A stretch of 39,056 bases of DNA from Octopus bimaculoides (taxonomy: Eukaryota), in contig NC_068988.1 in assembly GCF_001194135.2 (NCBI RefSeq), positions 76,608,871-76,647,926 on the forward strand, read 5' to 3'. The position numbers and the translations under genes were made by a program. The notes beneath the pieces are model-generated. The model was not told the DNA's origin and searched no databases. It worked only from the letters and a program-made list of their open reading frames with translations. Shown piece after piece: positions 1 to 11,033 of the stretch (positions are counted from its first letter, which is position 1; every line of letters begins with the position of its first letter).

Positions 1-945
1 AAATCTTTCGAGCGAGATCATTGCTGGTTACCCTGGACTGGCTCATGTGCAGGTGACACATGAAAGCTTTCGAGTGAGATCGTTGCCAGTGCCCCTAGAC
101 TGGCTCTTGTGCGGGTGACACAAGAAATTTTTCGAGCGAGACCGTTGCCAGTGCCCCTGGACTGGCTTTTGTGCGGGTGACACATGAAATCTTTCGAGTG
201 AGATCGTTGCCAGTACCCCTAGACTGGCTCTTGTGCAGGTGACACAAGAAATTTTTCGAGCGAGACCGTTGCCAGTGCCCCTGGACTGGCTCTTGTGCGG
301 GGCAGTTGTAGGATTTTCGAGCGAGATCGTTGCTGGTTCTCCTGGACTGGCTCATGTGCGGGCGACACATGCAATCTTTCGAGCGAGATCGTTGCCGGTG
401 CCCCTAGGCTGGTTCATGTGCGGGCGACACATGAAATCTTTCGAGTGAGATCGTTGCCAGTGACCCTGGACTGGCTCTTGTGTGGGTGACACAAGAAATT
501 TTTCGAGCGAGACCGTTGCCAGTGCCACTGGACTGGCTCTTGTGCGGGGCCGTTGTAGGATTTTCGAGCGAGATCGTTGCTGGTTCCCCTGGACTGGCTC
601 ATGTGCGGGTGACACATGAAATCTTTCGAGCGAGATCGTTGCCGGTGCCCCTAGACTGGCTCATGTGCGGGCGACACATCAAATCTTTCAAGTGAGATCA
701 TTGCCAGTGCCCCTGGACTGGCTCTTGTGCAGATGACACAAGAAATTTTTCGATCAAGACCGTTGCCAGTGTCCCTGGACTGGCTCTTGTGCGGGGACGT
801 TGTAGGATTTTCGAGCGAGATTGTTGCTGGTTCTCCTGGACTGGCTCATGTGCGGGCGACACATGAAATCTTTCGAGCGAGATCATTGCTGGTTACCCTG
901 GACTGGCTCATGTGCAGGTGACACATGAAAGCTTTCGAGTGAGAT
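1..945. repeat. ~62-bp tandem satellite (~15 monomers) with a 247-bp four-monomer higher-order repeat; runs into a 683-N gap
   Basis: Monomer approximately GAAATCTTTCGAGCGAGATCGTTGCCAGTGCCCCTGGACTGGCTCTTGTGCGGGTGACACAA. The variant motif GTTGTAGGATTTTCG recurs at 305, 552 and 799, exactly 247 bp apart. Confidence 0.95.
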
Positions 946-1670
946 NNNNNNNNNNNNNNNNNNNNNNNNNNNNNNNNNNNNNNNNNNNNNNNNNNNNNNN
1001 NNNNNNNNNNNNNNNNNNNNNNNNNNNNNNNNNNNNNNNNNNNNNNNNNNNNNNNNNNNNNNNNNNNNNNNNNNNNNNNNNNNNNNNNNNNNNNNNNNNN
1101 NNNNNNNNNNNNNNNNNNNNNNNNNNNNNNNNNNNNNNNNNNNNNNNNNNNNNNNNNNNNNNNNNNNNNNNNNNNNNNNNNNNNNNNNNNNNNNNNNNNN
1201 NNNNNNNNNNNNNNNNNNNNNNNNNNNNNNNNNNNNNNNNNNNNNNNNNNNNNNNNNNNNNNNNNNNNNNNNNNNNNNNNNNNNNNNNNNNNNNNNNNNN
1301 NNNNNNNNNNNNNNNNNNNNNNNNNNNNNNNNNNNNNNNNNNNNNNNNNNNNNNNNNNNNNNNNNNNNNNNNNNNNNNNNNNNNNNNNNNNNNNNNNNNN
1401 NNNNNNNNNNNNNNNNNNNNNNNNNNNNNNNNNNNNNNNNNNNNNNNNNNNNNNNNNNNNNNNNNNNNNNNNNNNNNNNNNNNNNNNNNNNNNNNNNNNN
1501 NNNNNNNNNNNNNNNNNNNNNNNNNNNNNNNNNNNNNNNNNNNNNNNNNNNNNNNNNNNNNNNNNNNNNNNNNNNNNNNNNNNNNNNNNNNNNNNNNNNN
1601 NNNNNNNNNNNNNNNNNNNNNNNNNNNNATATATATACATATATATATATATATTTATTTATTTATGGAC

Positions 1671-1991
1671 CACTCCATTGGTTATGATGATAAGGGTCCC
1701 AGCTGATACGATCAACGGAACAACTTGCTCGTGAAATTAGCGTGCAAATGGCTGAGCACTCCACAGATATGTGTACCCTTAACATAGTTCTCAGGGAGAT
1801 TCAGTGTGACACAGAGTGTAACATGGCTGGCCTTTTGAAATACAGGTACAACTCATTTTTGCCAGCTGAGTGGACTGGGGCACTGTGAAATAAAGTGTCT
1901 TGATCAAGGACACAATGCATCGCCAGGAATTGAACTCTCAACCTTACAATCGTGAGCCGAATGTCCTAACCACTAAGCCGCGTGTCTTCAC
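1671..1991 (-). mobile_element. tRNA-derived SINE, near full length
   Basis: Minus strand starts GTGAAGACACGCGGCTTAGTGGTTAGG (A box), then GAGTTCAATTCC (B box), then TGTGTCCTTGATCAAGACACT (CORE-like central domain). Confidence 0.85.
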
Positions 1992-2363
1992 TATATGCAT
2001 ACTCACACACACACACAGCCATTTACTGCTAGGTATATATATATCTACCTGTGTGTATGTATGCATGCATATCGACCAACTGTCTAGTGTACTTCAGTAA
2101 TTTCTTTGATAGCTTCTTCTCTTGCCCCTCACATCATACATCTTCATCATTCATTTGTTTGTTGCACATACCACAGTCACTCATGTCGCTTTCACCCATG
2201 TCTGTATCTCTCTTGCTCATGCTTACTGCATCTGTACCTCAATAATTCATCTCTCACACACTCCTTTTATCTACCATACTGCTGTTGATATGACTAAGGA
2301 TGGTAATGATTCTCTCATCCATTTGCTATGCATTGTACTCTCTCACCCTTGTTTTTCTTGCCA

Positions 2364-2465
2364 TTAAAGGGGTTGAATAAAAGTTTTACGAGTCCAACAG
2401 CTGTTTCTAGGGGCTTGGTGGTCCCAAATAATGATTGTAAATTGATTTCATCATTGGATAATACC
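2364..2465 (-). repeat. Copy 1 of hammerhead-like repeat (degenerate core), inverted relative to copies 2 and 3
   Basis: Reverse complement GGTATTATCCAATGATGA...CCCCTAGAAACAGCTGTTGGACTCG...CCCCTTTAA aligns with 3006-3104. Confidence 0.8.
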
Positions 2466-2560
2466 CTACATCAATGTGAGTGTAAACTGCAAGCTTTGCA
2501 TAGCTGAGTGAGCTAGGGTACACAAAGACTTCTTGAAACTTAGGCCACTGGATACTTGCC

Positions 2561-2740
2561 ATCATTATTTTGGACCACCAAACCCCCAGAAACAGTTGTT
2601 GGACTCGTAAAATTTTTTATTCAAACCCCTTTAATTCTTAATATCATTTCTATTGTGTAAGGTAGACCTTTTAATATGTACACATATATACATCTTTTGT
2701 ATTAAATGTATTTAATATTTTTTGTATCTTGCTTGTCCTT
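2561..2740 (+). repeat. Copy 2 (5'-truncated) of hammerhead-like repeat plus downstream AT-rich tail
   Basis: ATCATTATTTTGGACCACC...CAGAAACAGTTGTTGGACTCG...; direct repeat of ~3033-3226 and inverted repeat of 2364-2436. Confidence 0.8.
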
Positions 2741-3005
2741 ACATTTACTCCTCTGCCTGCTCAAGTTTAAATCTCTTGAGCATTACAAAGTGTATTCTAT
2801 ACGGAGAATATCTGTCTCTCATCTATAAACTATATACCTTTTGCTTGGCCAAGCACTGCTTATAGATAACACTCATGGATAAACATTTCTTGGGTATGTC
2901 TACACAATATATCCTGATGCCACCAAGGGATCTATACATGGAACTCTTACTACAAAAGAGGGGGATAGCCCTATACTATGAAATTCTTCCCTGGAGACGG
3001 AGGCT

Positions 3006-3226
3006 GGTATTATCTGATGATGGAATTTACAATCATTATTTTAGACCACCAAGCCCCCAGAAACAGCTGTTGGACTCGTAAAACTCTTTTTCAACCCCTT
3101 TAATTCTTGATATTATTTCTATTCTGTGTAAGTTAGACCTTTCTAAATGTAATCATATGTACCTTATTTGTTTTAAATGTATTTAATATTTTTTTGTATA
3201 TTGGCTTGCCTAACTTGCTTGTCCTT
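3006..3226 (+). repeat. Copy 3 of hammerhead-like repeat, retaining both core boxes
   Basis: CTGATGA at 3014-3020, 39-nt spacer, GAAAC-AGCT-GTT-GGAC at 3060-3075. Confidence 0.75.
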
Positions 3227-3725
3227 CCATATATTTTAAAATATTAATCCAGAAGATGGAGTGTAACAAGAAACATTTATTAGCACAAAAATCCTTTTGG
3301 CTTCATATTGCACAGCTCCCTAAGGGGCATGGAATGATGCAATGACACCAGATGCAATGCACAGTGCAAAAGAGCTCCTCAGGTTACATATCATGCTTCA
3401 TGGGATTTACATTTCAATTTCACTCCAAACTAAATGGTGAGAGATTCTAGCAGTTCAAGTTCATTTGTTAAAGTGAGGAAGATTTGATTAGGAAGAAAAT
3501 AAAAGAATAAAAACACAAAGCAGCTAACATGACTTGGGTGAGGCTGTTAATATTTGTGGTCAAGAAGTTATTGTTAAAAAATAAAAAATAAGAAATATAA
3601 AGAATCTAGTGTATATGAATGGGCATTAGATAGAACAGCTCAGCATGTGTAAGCCTTTGATGTCTGGTGGGTAGGGCAGTCAAGTATAACAGATTCATGT
3701 CTTCAGATCTTGTGGCTGCCAACAT

Positions 3726-4299
3726 TTAGACACACACACATTCATATGCATACATGCGTATGTGTGCATGTATGTATATGTGTGTGTGTGTGTGTATGTG
3801 TGTGTGTATGTCTGAGTGTGTGTGTATGTGTGTCCATGTGTGTGAGTGTGCGTATACACATGACTGTACCTGTGTGTATGTGTGTGCAAGGGTGTGGAAG
3901 TGTATGTACATATATATGGGTTTGTGTGCCTATATGCGCATGCATATGTAGCCATAAGTGTGTGCGTGTGTGTGTGTCTGTGTGTCTGTGCACACACATA
4001 TATATATATAGGTTTGCGTGAGTGTATGTGCATGTACAGGGGTCTATGTATGTGTGCGTTAAAGTATATATATGTGTGTGTGTGCATGTGTGTGTATGCA
4101 TACCCAGATGTGTGTGTGTCTGTGTATGTGCATGTGGTGGTTAGTATGTGTGTAAATATAGTGGGATGTGTACGTGTACTTGAGCAGAGTGATGCCAAAC
4201 TATATATGGGCGAGTGTATGACTGTGTGTATGTAAGTGAATAGATGTCTGTGCTTATTGACAAGATGACCAATGTCTGTGGGTATGTATGTATGTATCC
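3726..4299. repeat. Degenerate (TG)n/(TATG)n low-complexity tract
   Basis: Continuous TG/TA-rich sequence; it produces the spurious His/Thr and Cys/Val ORFs. Confidence 0.9.
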
Positions 4300-4358
4300 C
4301 TGATGACGCCTGGTAGCCATAAGTGATGAACATGCTCTGCAGACACACTACCTGGGAA

Positions 4359-5083
4359 CATCATTTAACATCCATTCTTCATGTTGGCATAGGTTGGACA
4401 GTTTGATCAGGGCTGATATGCTGAGGGTCTGCACCAGACTCCAGTCTGATTTGGCATGGTTTCTATGGCTGGATGCCCTTCCTAACACCAACCACTCCAA
4501 GAGTGTAAGGGGTGCTTTTGTGTGTTACTGGCACAGGTGCCAGTTGCATGGCACCAGTATCTGCCACAACTACAATTTCACTTGGCTTGATGGATCTTCT
4601 TCTCCAGCACGGCATATTGCCAAAAGTCTTGGTCATTTGTCATCACCTCTGTGAGGCCTAATTCTTGAAAGGTGCTTTTTATGTGCCACAAGCATTTGTG
4701 CTAGTTAAGTGACACTGGCATCAGCTACATTACCTCAATGAGGTCCGATGCTTAATAAGTGCTTTTTACATGTCACCAGCATGGGTACCAGTTGTTACAT
4801 GACACCGACAATGGTCACAAGTATGGTTTCACTTGGTTTGATGAGTCTTCTCAAGCATGAAAGGTACTTTTATGTGCCAGTTACAGACGCCGACAGTAGC
4901 CACAACTGTGACTTCACTAGGCATATTGCCAAAGGTCTCAGTCATTAGTCATTGCCTCCATGAGGCCCAACATTCGAAGATCATGTTTCACCACCTCATC
5001 CCATGTCTTCCTGGGCCTCCCTCCTCTACAGCTTCTCTCCACTATTAGAGATTGGCACTGCTGCACACAGCTGTCCACATTCA
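4359..5083 (-). mobile_element. RTE-clade LINE 3' fragment (ORF C-terminus, 3' UTR and tail)
   Basis: The minus strand encodes a remnant like ...GGRPRKTWDEVVKHDLRMLGLMEAMT. The 3' end motif (revcomp GGAAGGGCATCCAGC...GGATGTTAAATGATG) is shared with the other RTE copies in the window. Confidence 0.85.
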
Positions 5084-5126
5084 CACACACACACACACAT
5101 ATCTATCTATCTATATATATATATAT

Positions 5127-5162
5127 ATGGAAAGTGGATGTTAAATGATGATGATGATGATG
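5127..5162 (+). mobile_element. Isolated RTE 3' terminus with (GAT)n tail
   Basis: ATGGAAAGTGGATGTTAAATGATGATGATGATGATGA matches the terminus at 13766-13797. Confidence 0.75.
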
Positions 5163-7228
5163 AGTCCATCAGGAATCACTGCTGAGGTGCTTAAAATATC
5201 TGGTAGCATGGGTTATGGCCTAGTCACTCGTATTGTAAACCAGGTAGTTCATGATGGAGTCATACTCAATGACTGGCATAGCAGCACCATAGTCAATTGC
5301 TACAAGGGTAAAGGTGATGCGTTAGATAAAAATAACAGGGGTATCAAACTGCTGGATCAGGTGATGAAGATCACGGAGAAGGAGACCAACTAATTAGGGA
5401 GATAGTATGCTTAGATGAGATGCAGTTCGGTATTGTGCCAGGTAGAAGCACCACAGGTGGTATATTTCTGGTACGGCAACTGCAGGAGAAATACTTAGCC
5501 AAAGATAAACCCTTATACTTGGCTTTTGTGAACTTGGAGAAAGCCTTTGACAAGGTCCCCTGATCCCTTATGTGGTGGGCAATGTGAAAACTGGGGATTG
5601 ACGAATGGTTAATAAGGGCTGTACAGACCCTATACAGAGATACCATTAGTAATGTTAGGGTTGGCAATGAGTATAGTGAAGTATTCCAGGTAGAAGTAGG
5701 GTCCACCAAGGATCAGCCTTCAGTCACCTTTTATTCATCATTGTCCTCCAGGCAATAACAGAGGAATTCAAGACAGAGAGCTCCTCTACACTGATGACCT
5801 GGCCCTCATAGCAGAAGCACTACCAGAACTAGAGAAGAAATTTCATGTGTCGAAGCAAAGTTTAGAATCGAAGGGACTTAGAGTCAATGTTGCAAAGACC
5901 AAAGTTCTAATAAGTAGGAAGGCGAACACATTACACCCCGCCTCAGATAGGTGGCCCTACTCGATCTGTAGAAAAGGTGTAGGTAGAAACTCCATAAACT
6001 GTACCCACTGTAAGTCATGGACACATAAGGAAGTGCAGCAAAATCAAAGGAAGATTAACCGAGAAGATAGCTTTCGTGTGTGGCAGATGCACAGGGGCAA
6101 TAAACACCACAAATGCTCAGAAAACAGAAGTAGTTGATAGCTTCCGCTACCTAGGTGACCAAATCTGTAGAGGAGGTGGATGCTCAGAGAGTGTTGCCAC
6201 TAGAATAAGAATAGCCTGGGCAAAGTTTAGAAAGCTCCTACCCCTACTGGTGACAAAGGGCCTCTCACTCAGAATGAAAGGTAGATTGTACAATGCATGT
6301 GTGCGAACTGTCATGTTTCATGGCAGTGAAACATGGGCCGTGACTACTGAAGACATGCGTAGGCTTGAAAGACATGAAGCTAACATGATCCACTGGATGT
6401 GTAATGTCAGTGTGCACACACGACAGAGTGTAAGCACCCTGAGAGAAATGTTGGACATAAGAAGCATCAGATGTGTTGTGCAAGAGAGACGTTTGCGCTA
6501 GTATGGTCATGTACTACAGATGGATGACGAGAGCTGTGTGAAGAAGTGCCTCTCCCAAACAGTTGAAGGAATCTGGGGTAGAGGGAGGCCGAGGAAGACT
6601 TGGGATGAGGTGGTGAAGCATGACCTTCGAACGTTGGGCCTCACAGAGGCATTGATGAAAGACTGAGACCTCTGGAGATATGCTGTGACTGAGAAGACCC
6701 AGCAAATAAAGTGAGTTCACAACTGTAGCCTACACTAATGTCGCATAACCAGCCCACTCAAAAGTACCTTTGGATTGTAGAGCAACATGTCGTGCATGAG
6801 GAGACCTATCAAGTCAAGTACATCAAAATCAAAATCAAATCAAAGCACAATCAAATGGAAATTGTAGTTGTGGTCCCCATGCCAGTGGCATGTAAAAAGC
6901 ACCATGCGAACGTGGTTGATGCCAGCTCCCTCGCCCCAACTGGCTCCTGTGCTGGTGGCACATAAAAGGTACCATCTGAGCATTGCCTTGACTGGCTCCC
7001 ATACCTGTGGCATGTAAAATGCACCATCCAAACATGGTCAGTGCCAGCCCTCTCTGGCCCTTGTGCCAGTGGCACATAAAAAGTACCCACTACACTCTCA
7101 GAGTGGTTGGCGTTAGGAAGGGCATCCAGCTGTAGAAACACTGCCAGATCAGACTGGTGCAGCCTCCTGGCTTCCCAGACCCCAGTCGAATCGTCCAACC
7201 CATGCCAGGATGGAAAATGGGCGTAAAA
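5163..7228 (+). mobile_element. 5'-truncated RTE-clade LINE: degenerate reverse transcriptase, C-terminal region and repeat-containing 3' UTR
   Basis: PSGITAEVLK...NCYKGKGDALD..RGIKLLDQVMK; YTDD (degenerate YADD) at 5787-5798; FRYLGD...RIRIAWAKFRKLLPLL...HGSETW. Multiple stops and frameshifts. The 3' end runs into a gap. Confidence 0.95.
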
Positions 7229-8001
7229 NNNNNNNNNNNNNNNNNNNNNNNNNNNNNNNNNNNNNNNNNNNNNNNNNNNNNNNNNNNNNNNNNNNNNNNN
7301 NNNNNNNNNNNNNNNNNNNNNNNNNNNNNNNNNNNNNNNNNNNNNNNNNNNNNNNNNNNNNNNNNNNNNNNNNNNNNNNNNNNNNNNNNNNNNNNNNNNN
7401 NNNNNNNNNNNNNNNNNNNNNNNNNNNNNNNNNNNNNNNNNNNNNNNNNNNNNNNNNNNNNNNNNNNNNNNNNNNNNNNNNNNNNNNNNNNNNNNNNNNN
7501 NNNNNNNNNNNNNNNNNNNNNNNNNNNNNNNNNNNNNNNNNNNNNNNNNNNNNNNNNNNNNNNNNNNNNNNNNNNNNNNNNNNNNNNNNNNNNNNNNNNN
7601 NNNNNNNNNNNNNNNNNNNNNNNNNNNNNNNNNNNNNNNNNNNNNNNNNNNNNNNNNNNNNNNNNGTTTGGCCGTACAACTTTTGAATGTTGTTTTCACT
7701 GTCCAATTTTTCCTGTCTTGGTTTGTGTTTGCCACCTTGGAATCCTCTGTGTAGGTGGTTGATCCACTACTCAGGAAGAGACTATTCTAGAGTACGTTCT
7801 GTCTTATCTTCGAAACGTCTAGTTAGAATAGAGACAGCTGATGAATGGATATTCCAAGTGGCTTTTCGTTTTCCTATGTGTTCTTTCCGTTGTCTGTAGT
7901 TCATTGTTCTAACGTCCTGTACCCTGATATGCATATATATACACATGTAGATGTAAGTATGTACATATATGTGTGTATACATGTATATATATTCTTTGTA
8001 T

Positions 8002-8034
<33 letters not shown>

Positions 8035-8101
8035 TAAATAAAATGGGACAACAAAACCAAGGCTGTTTGGAATTTATAGGACATTTATAAAGAGAACAGT
8101 A

Positions 8102-8150
8102 GTCTTACAGCTGTTTCTTGGATATTAAGGATATCCCTTCATCAGAGATA
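8102..8150 (-). ncRNA. Minimal type-I hammerhead ribozyme motif (Penelope-like-element type)
   Basis: Minus strand: TATCT-CTGATGA-AG-GGATAT-CCTTA-ATATCC-AA-GAAAC-AGCT-GTA-AGAC. Both catalytic boxes, a 6-bp stem II, a palindromic stem III loop, a GUA cleavage triplet and a 3-bp stem I are present. Confidence 0.75.
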
Positions 8151-8994
8151 ATATGAGAGAGTTAACAAGAGGGAAATAGTAGAGTTCAATATAAGAAATT
8201 ATTGTGGAAAAGGATGGATCTAAGAAGTATGATGGAAAATATAAGAATAAAAATAAAAGTAAAAATATATGTAGGATGCTACAGTTGCAGTTCCATTATC
8301 CAAGGAAAGTGTTGTGTAGAATGAGTAGAAATGCTTCTTGTCCATGGTATGTAGATTCCAGTAGGAGTTCATATTTTGTTATTACAAGTAGATAGTGTGG
8401 AGACAAGAGAATAGATATGTGTTAGGAGGAGAATGGTATTAGTCAAAAGGAACAGGAGAGAGAAGAAAAACAAGAGGAAGAAAAAATGAAAAAAAAGAGT
8501 GCTAGATGGTGGTCAAGATATTGTGAGGGGGATGGGAGAGGAGAGCTATCAGGATAAAAAGAATAAGGGGAGGGATAGAAGGAGGAGATAAGAATGTAAG
8601 GAAGGAATATGTGTGAGAGGTGGGAGGTGGGGTGATATGTTTGAAAGGCACTAAGGTAAGGTGATAGGTAAAGAAAATGGTACAGTGGAGGGCGGCAGAG
8701 AGTGGTGTACTAAAGTGAGTAGTAAACCTCAAAATGGAAGGGGAGAATAATAAGATATAATGGTCAAGTTTCTAAAAATAGACATAGGTATTTATTGCAC
8801 TAACTAAAGTTATAGGGGTGGGGGCTGATGAATCAGAAAGAGAAAAAATATGTGTATATAGATATACATATAAATGTGTGCATGCACTATAATATAGGCC
8901 TGCATACATACATACATACATACACACACACACATATATATATGTAAAACTTACTTGGAAGAAAATATGTGGCGTTCAATCATATAATAATATA

Positions 8995-9042
<48 letters not shown>

Positions 9043-9044
<2 letters not shown>

Positions 9045-9345
9045 GCTTTTTCTTTTTTTTTTATCATTTCTTGTTTAAATTTTTCTTTTGTTACACAATT
9101 TTCATTTTTGATGATGCTGGCCTTCTTTGTGTCTTTCAACAGTGGCTCCATGGCATTTTTTATATACCACCCTAAGCTGTTTTTCTCTGCTTTGATACAG
9201 TCCTGGCAACTGATCAGACCTCTCCATACTTTCTTCTGGAAAAGTACAGCCTATCGGTGTCACCCCAAGGGTGGAAGACTCTGTGTACCGCCAACATTTT
9301 TTCTCGTCTTGGTATCCATTTTCTTCACTTCTCTCGTTTGCCATT
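9043..9345 (-). mobile_element. R4/Dong-like RLE non-LTR retrotransposon fragment (post-RT region)
   Basis: Frameshifted minus-strand translation VFHPWGDTDRLYFSRRK..GLISCQDCIKAEKNSLGWYIKNAMEPLLK matches the HP..D.DRLY..R..GGRGL motif of RLE LINEs. Confidence 0.7.
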
Positions 9346-9417
9346 TTATAAATTATTATTATTATTACTATTACTATTACTATTATTATTATTATTACTG
9401 TTGTTGTTGTTGTTATT

Positions 9418-9630
9418 AAGGTGGCAAACTGGCAGGATTGTTAACACACCAGGCAAAATGCTTAGAAGCATTTCATCTGTCCTTGTATTCTGAGCTCAAA
9501 TTCCACTGAGGTCAACTCTGCCTTTCATCCTTTCAGGGTTGACAAATTAAGTACCAGTGAAACACGGGTCAATGTAATTGACTAGTCCCCTCCCACAAAA
9601 TCTCAGGTCTTGTACATATAGAAGAAAGGA
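9418..9630 (+). mobile_element. SINE (family B), flanked by (TAT)n/(TGT)n
   Basis: AAGGTGGCAAACTGGCAG...GAGCTCAAATTCC...CTTTCATCCTTTC...AAGTACCAG; homologous to 11034, 20153 and 32205. Confidence 0.85.
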
Positions 9631-9684
9631 TTATTATTGTTGTTGTTGTTGTTGTTGTTGTTATTATTATTATTATTATTATTA

Positions 9685-11021
9685 CTGTAAAAACTCATGT
9701 AATTTACACTTTTTTTTAGTAAAAACCAAACCAAACTTTAGAGAGTGCATAAATTACATTAGTTGACTGTTTCCAGAAATTTTTTAGAAATTTTTTTGTT
9801 GAAAAATGATGTACAAATGTAAACATTCGTATCGGAAGTTGACTTATTTAATGTCAGAATAGGTTTTTACAGAAAAAATATAATGAAGTTGACTCATATT
9901 TATGCTGGACAATATAATGCTTACTTTTTCTGTATTAATTTATTAAAATCATTAAATGGTTAACTACTTTTTGAAGTTTAACGTTCATGCTGGTAATCAT
10001 GGTATGGGGCATATTTTACTGCATCTAACAACATCATAATTCATCCTTCGCACATGTAAACTCACTAAGTGAATATGATTTAGCGCTCCTACCTTATACG
10101 ATGTTTAATGTCATTTCACATTCATGTTGAATTATGCAACAATCTTATGTTCTCTTCATAGAACACTTGTAATGTTCTTTTGGTATAGTAGATTTTTGCT
10201 ATTCTTGTTTGTGTCTCATCACAGACGTGTATATTCTAACAAGTTGCTTCTTAAATTTTGCACCTCTCTTGTTCAATAAACACTGAGTTAAACTTGCAAA
10301 GCTGTTTATTTTCTCCTTTCGATTTTTAATGTTTATTTTAATGGGTTACCAAACTATTAGTTTGGTCTCCCGGCTAAAATGGTAATGACAGATTTTTAAG
10401 TTTGCTTGACATTTTATAAGTGTGAAAGGGATTAAAGTTTCGATACTCCGCATCAAAGGTTCCAACAAGAATAGGCAGAAAATCAGAGATTGAGACAAGA
10501 TGAAACTTTCAACCAATCAAAATTCTGTTTACATAATCAGTTTGATCGGTCACCTTCCTCTGTCGGTTGAGTAAAGTGTCATCCAAGCTGATGTTTATTG
10601 GTAATTAAACTTATTTTGCAACACTTGTGCGTATTTATCAGCTTTGGTTTTGTTGATAAAAATTATCAACAACTTTTCCTGTCATCATGGTTTGAGAAGA
10701 CACACAGAAGTATGCTAAAGATCGGACATAATCCTTTGTGGGTAAGAAATCTAATATAAAGTTTATCAAAAACAACACAAACACTTCGTAATTTAATAGC
10801 TTTCACCGTAATACCTGTTAAACAGAAATTATTTTTATTCAATGAAAATTTAATAAAATCTAATAATAAGTGAAATTAAGCTAAATTGTAAACCTTTTCC
10901 CTCTGGCCATATCGGCAATTCTGAAAACTTTTGGGTGTGAATTTTACATGAGTAGAAGCTTTTTTTCTGAAAATCAACTGTGTAAGTTTCACAAGTACGC
11001 AAATTACATGGGTTTTTATGA
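9685..11021. mobile_element. Non-autonomous Tc1/mariner-superfamily DNA transposon, 1337 bp
   Basis: Terminal inverted repeats CTGTAAAAACTCATGTAATTTAC (9685-9707) and 10999-11021 match at 18/23, and all mismatches are transitions. TA flanks both ends (9683-9684, 11022-11023). No intact internal ORF. Confidence 0.75.
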
Positions 11022-11033
11022 TATTATTATTAT

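Noticed and set aside
1-945. CRISPR-like array
   Set aside because: The whole 62-bp unit repeats with no unique spacers, no cas genes are present, and the context is eukaryotic.
846-1706. Long poly-X ORFs here and across the other gaps (7229-7665, 13235-13543, 25415-25519, 28089-28431, 34997-35964)
   Set aside because: They are artefacts of translating N runs.
1940-1991. tRNA genes at SINE heads (also near 20415, 21052 and 38037)
   Set aside because: A and B boxes are present, but there is no complete cloverleaf or acceptor stem, and each continues into a multi-copy SINE body.
2100-2360. Very old LINE remnant on the minus strand
   Set aside because: The similarity to RTE C-terminal motifs is too faint to support without a profile search.
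2364-2634. Kolobok/T2-type MITE (TTAAAGGGG...CCCCTTTAA termini)
   Set aside because: Not fully excluded. However, homology to the 3006 copy extends inward to the CTGATGA box and, in copies 2 and 3, ~110-120 bp beyond the TTAA, which fits repeated hammerhead-bearing units better than one TIR element.
3695-4348. Long His/Thr- and Cys/Val-rich ORFs here and at ~17900-18350, 18830-19095, 20978-21496, 32434-33700 and 36099-36490
   Set aside because: These are translations of CA/TG/TA microsatellites, which lack stop codons by composition.
7810-7860. Additional hammerhead (CGAAACGTC ... CTGATGAATGGATATTCC)
   Set aside because: Both boxes are present, but I could not build consistent stems I-III in any topology. 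At most it is a decayed relative.
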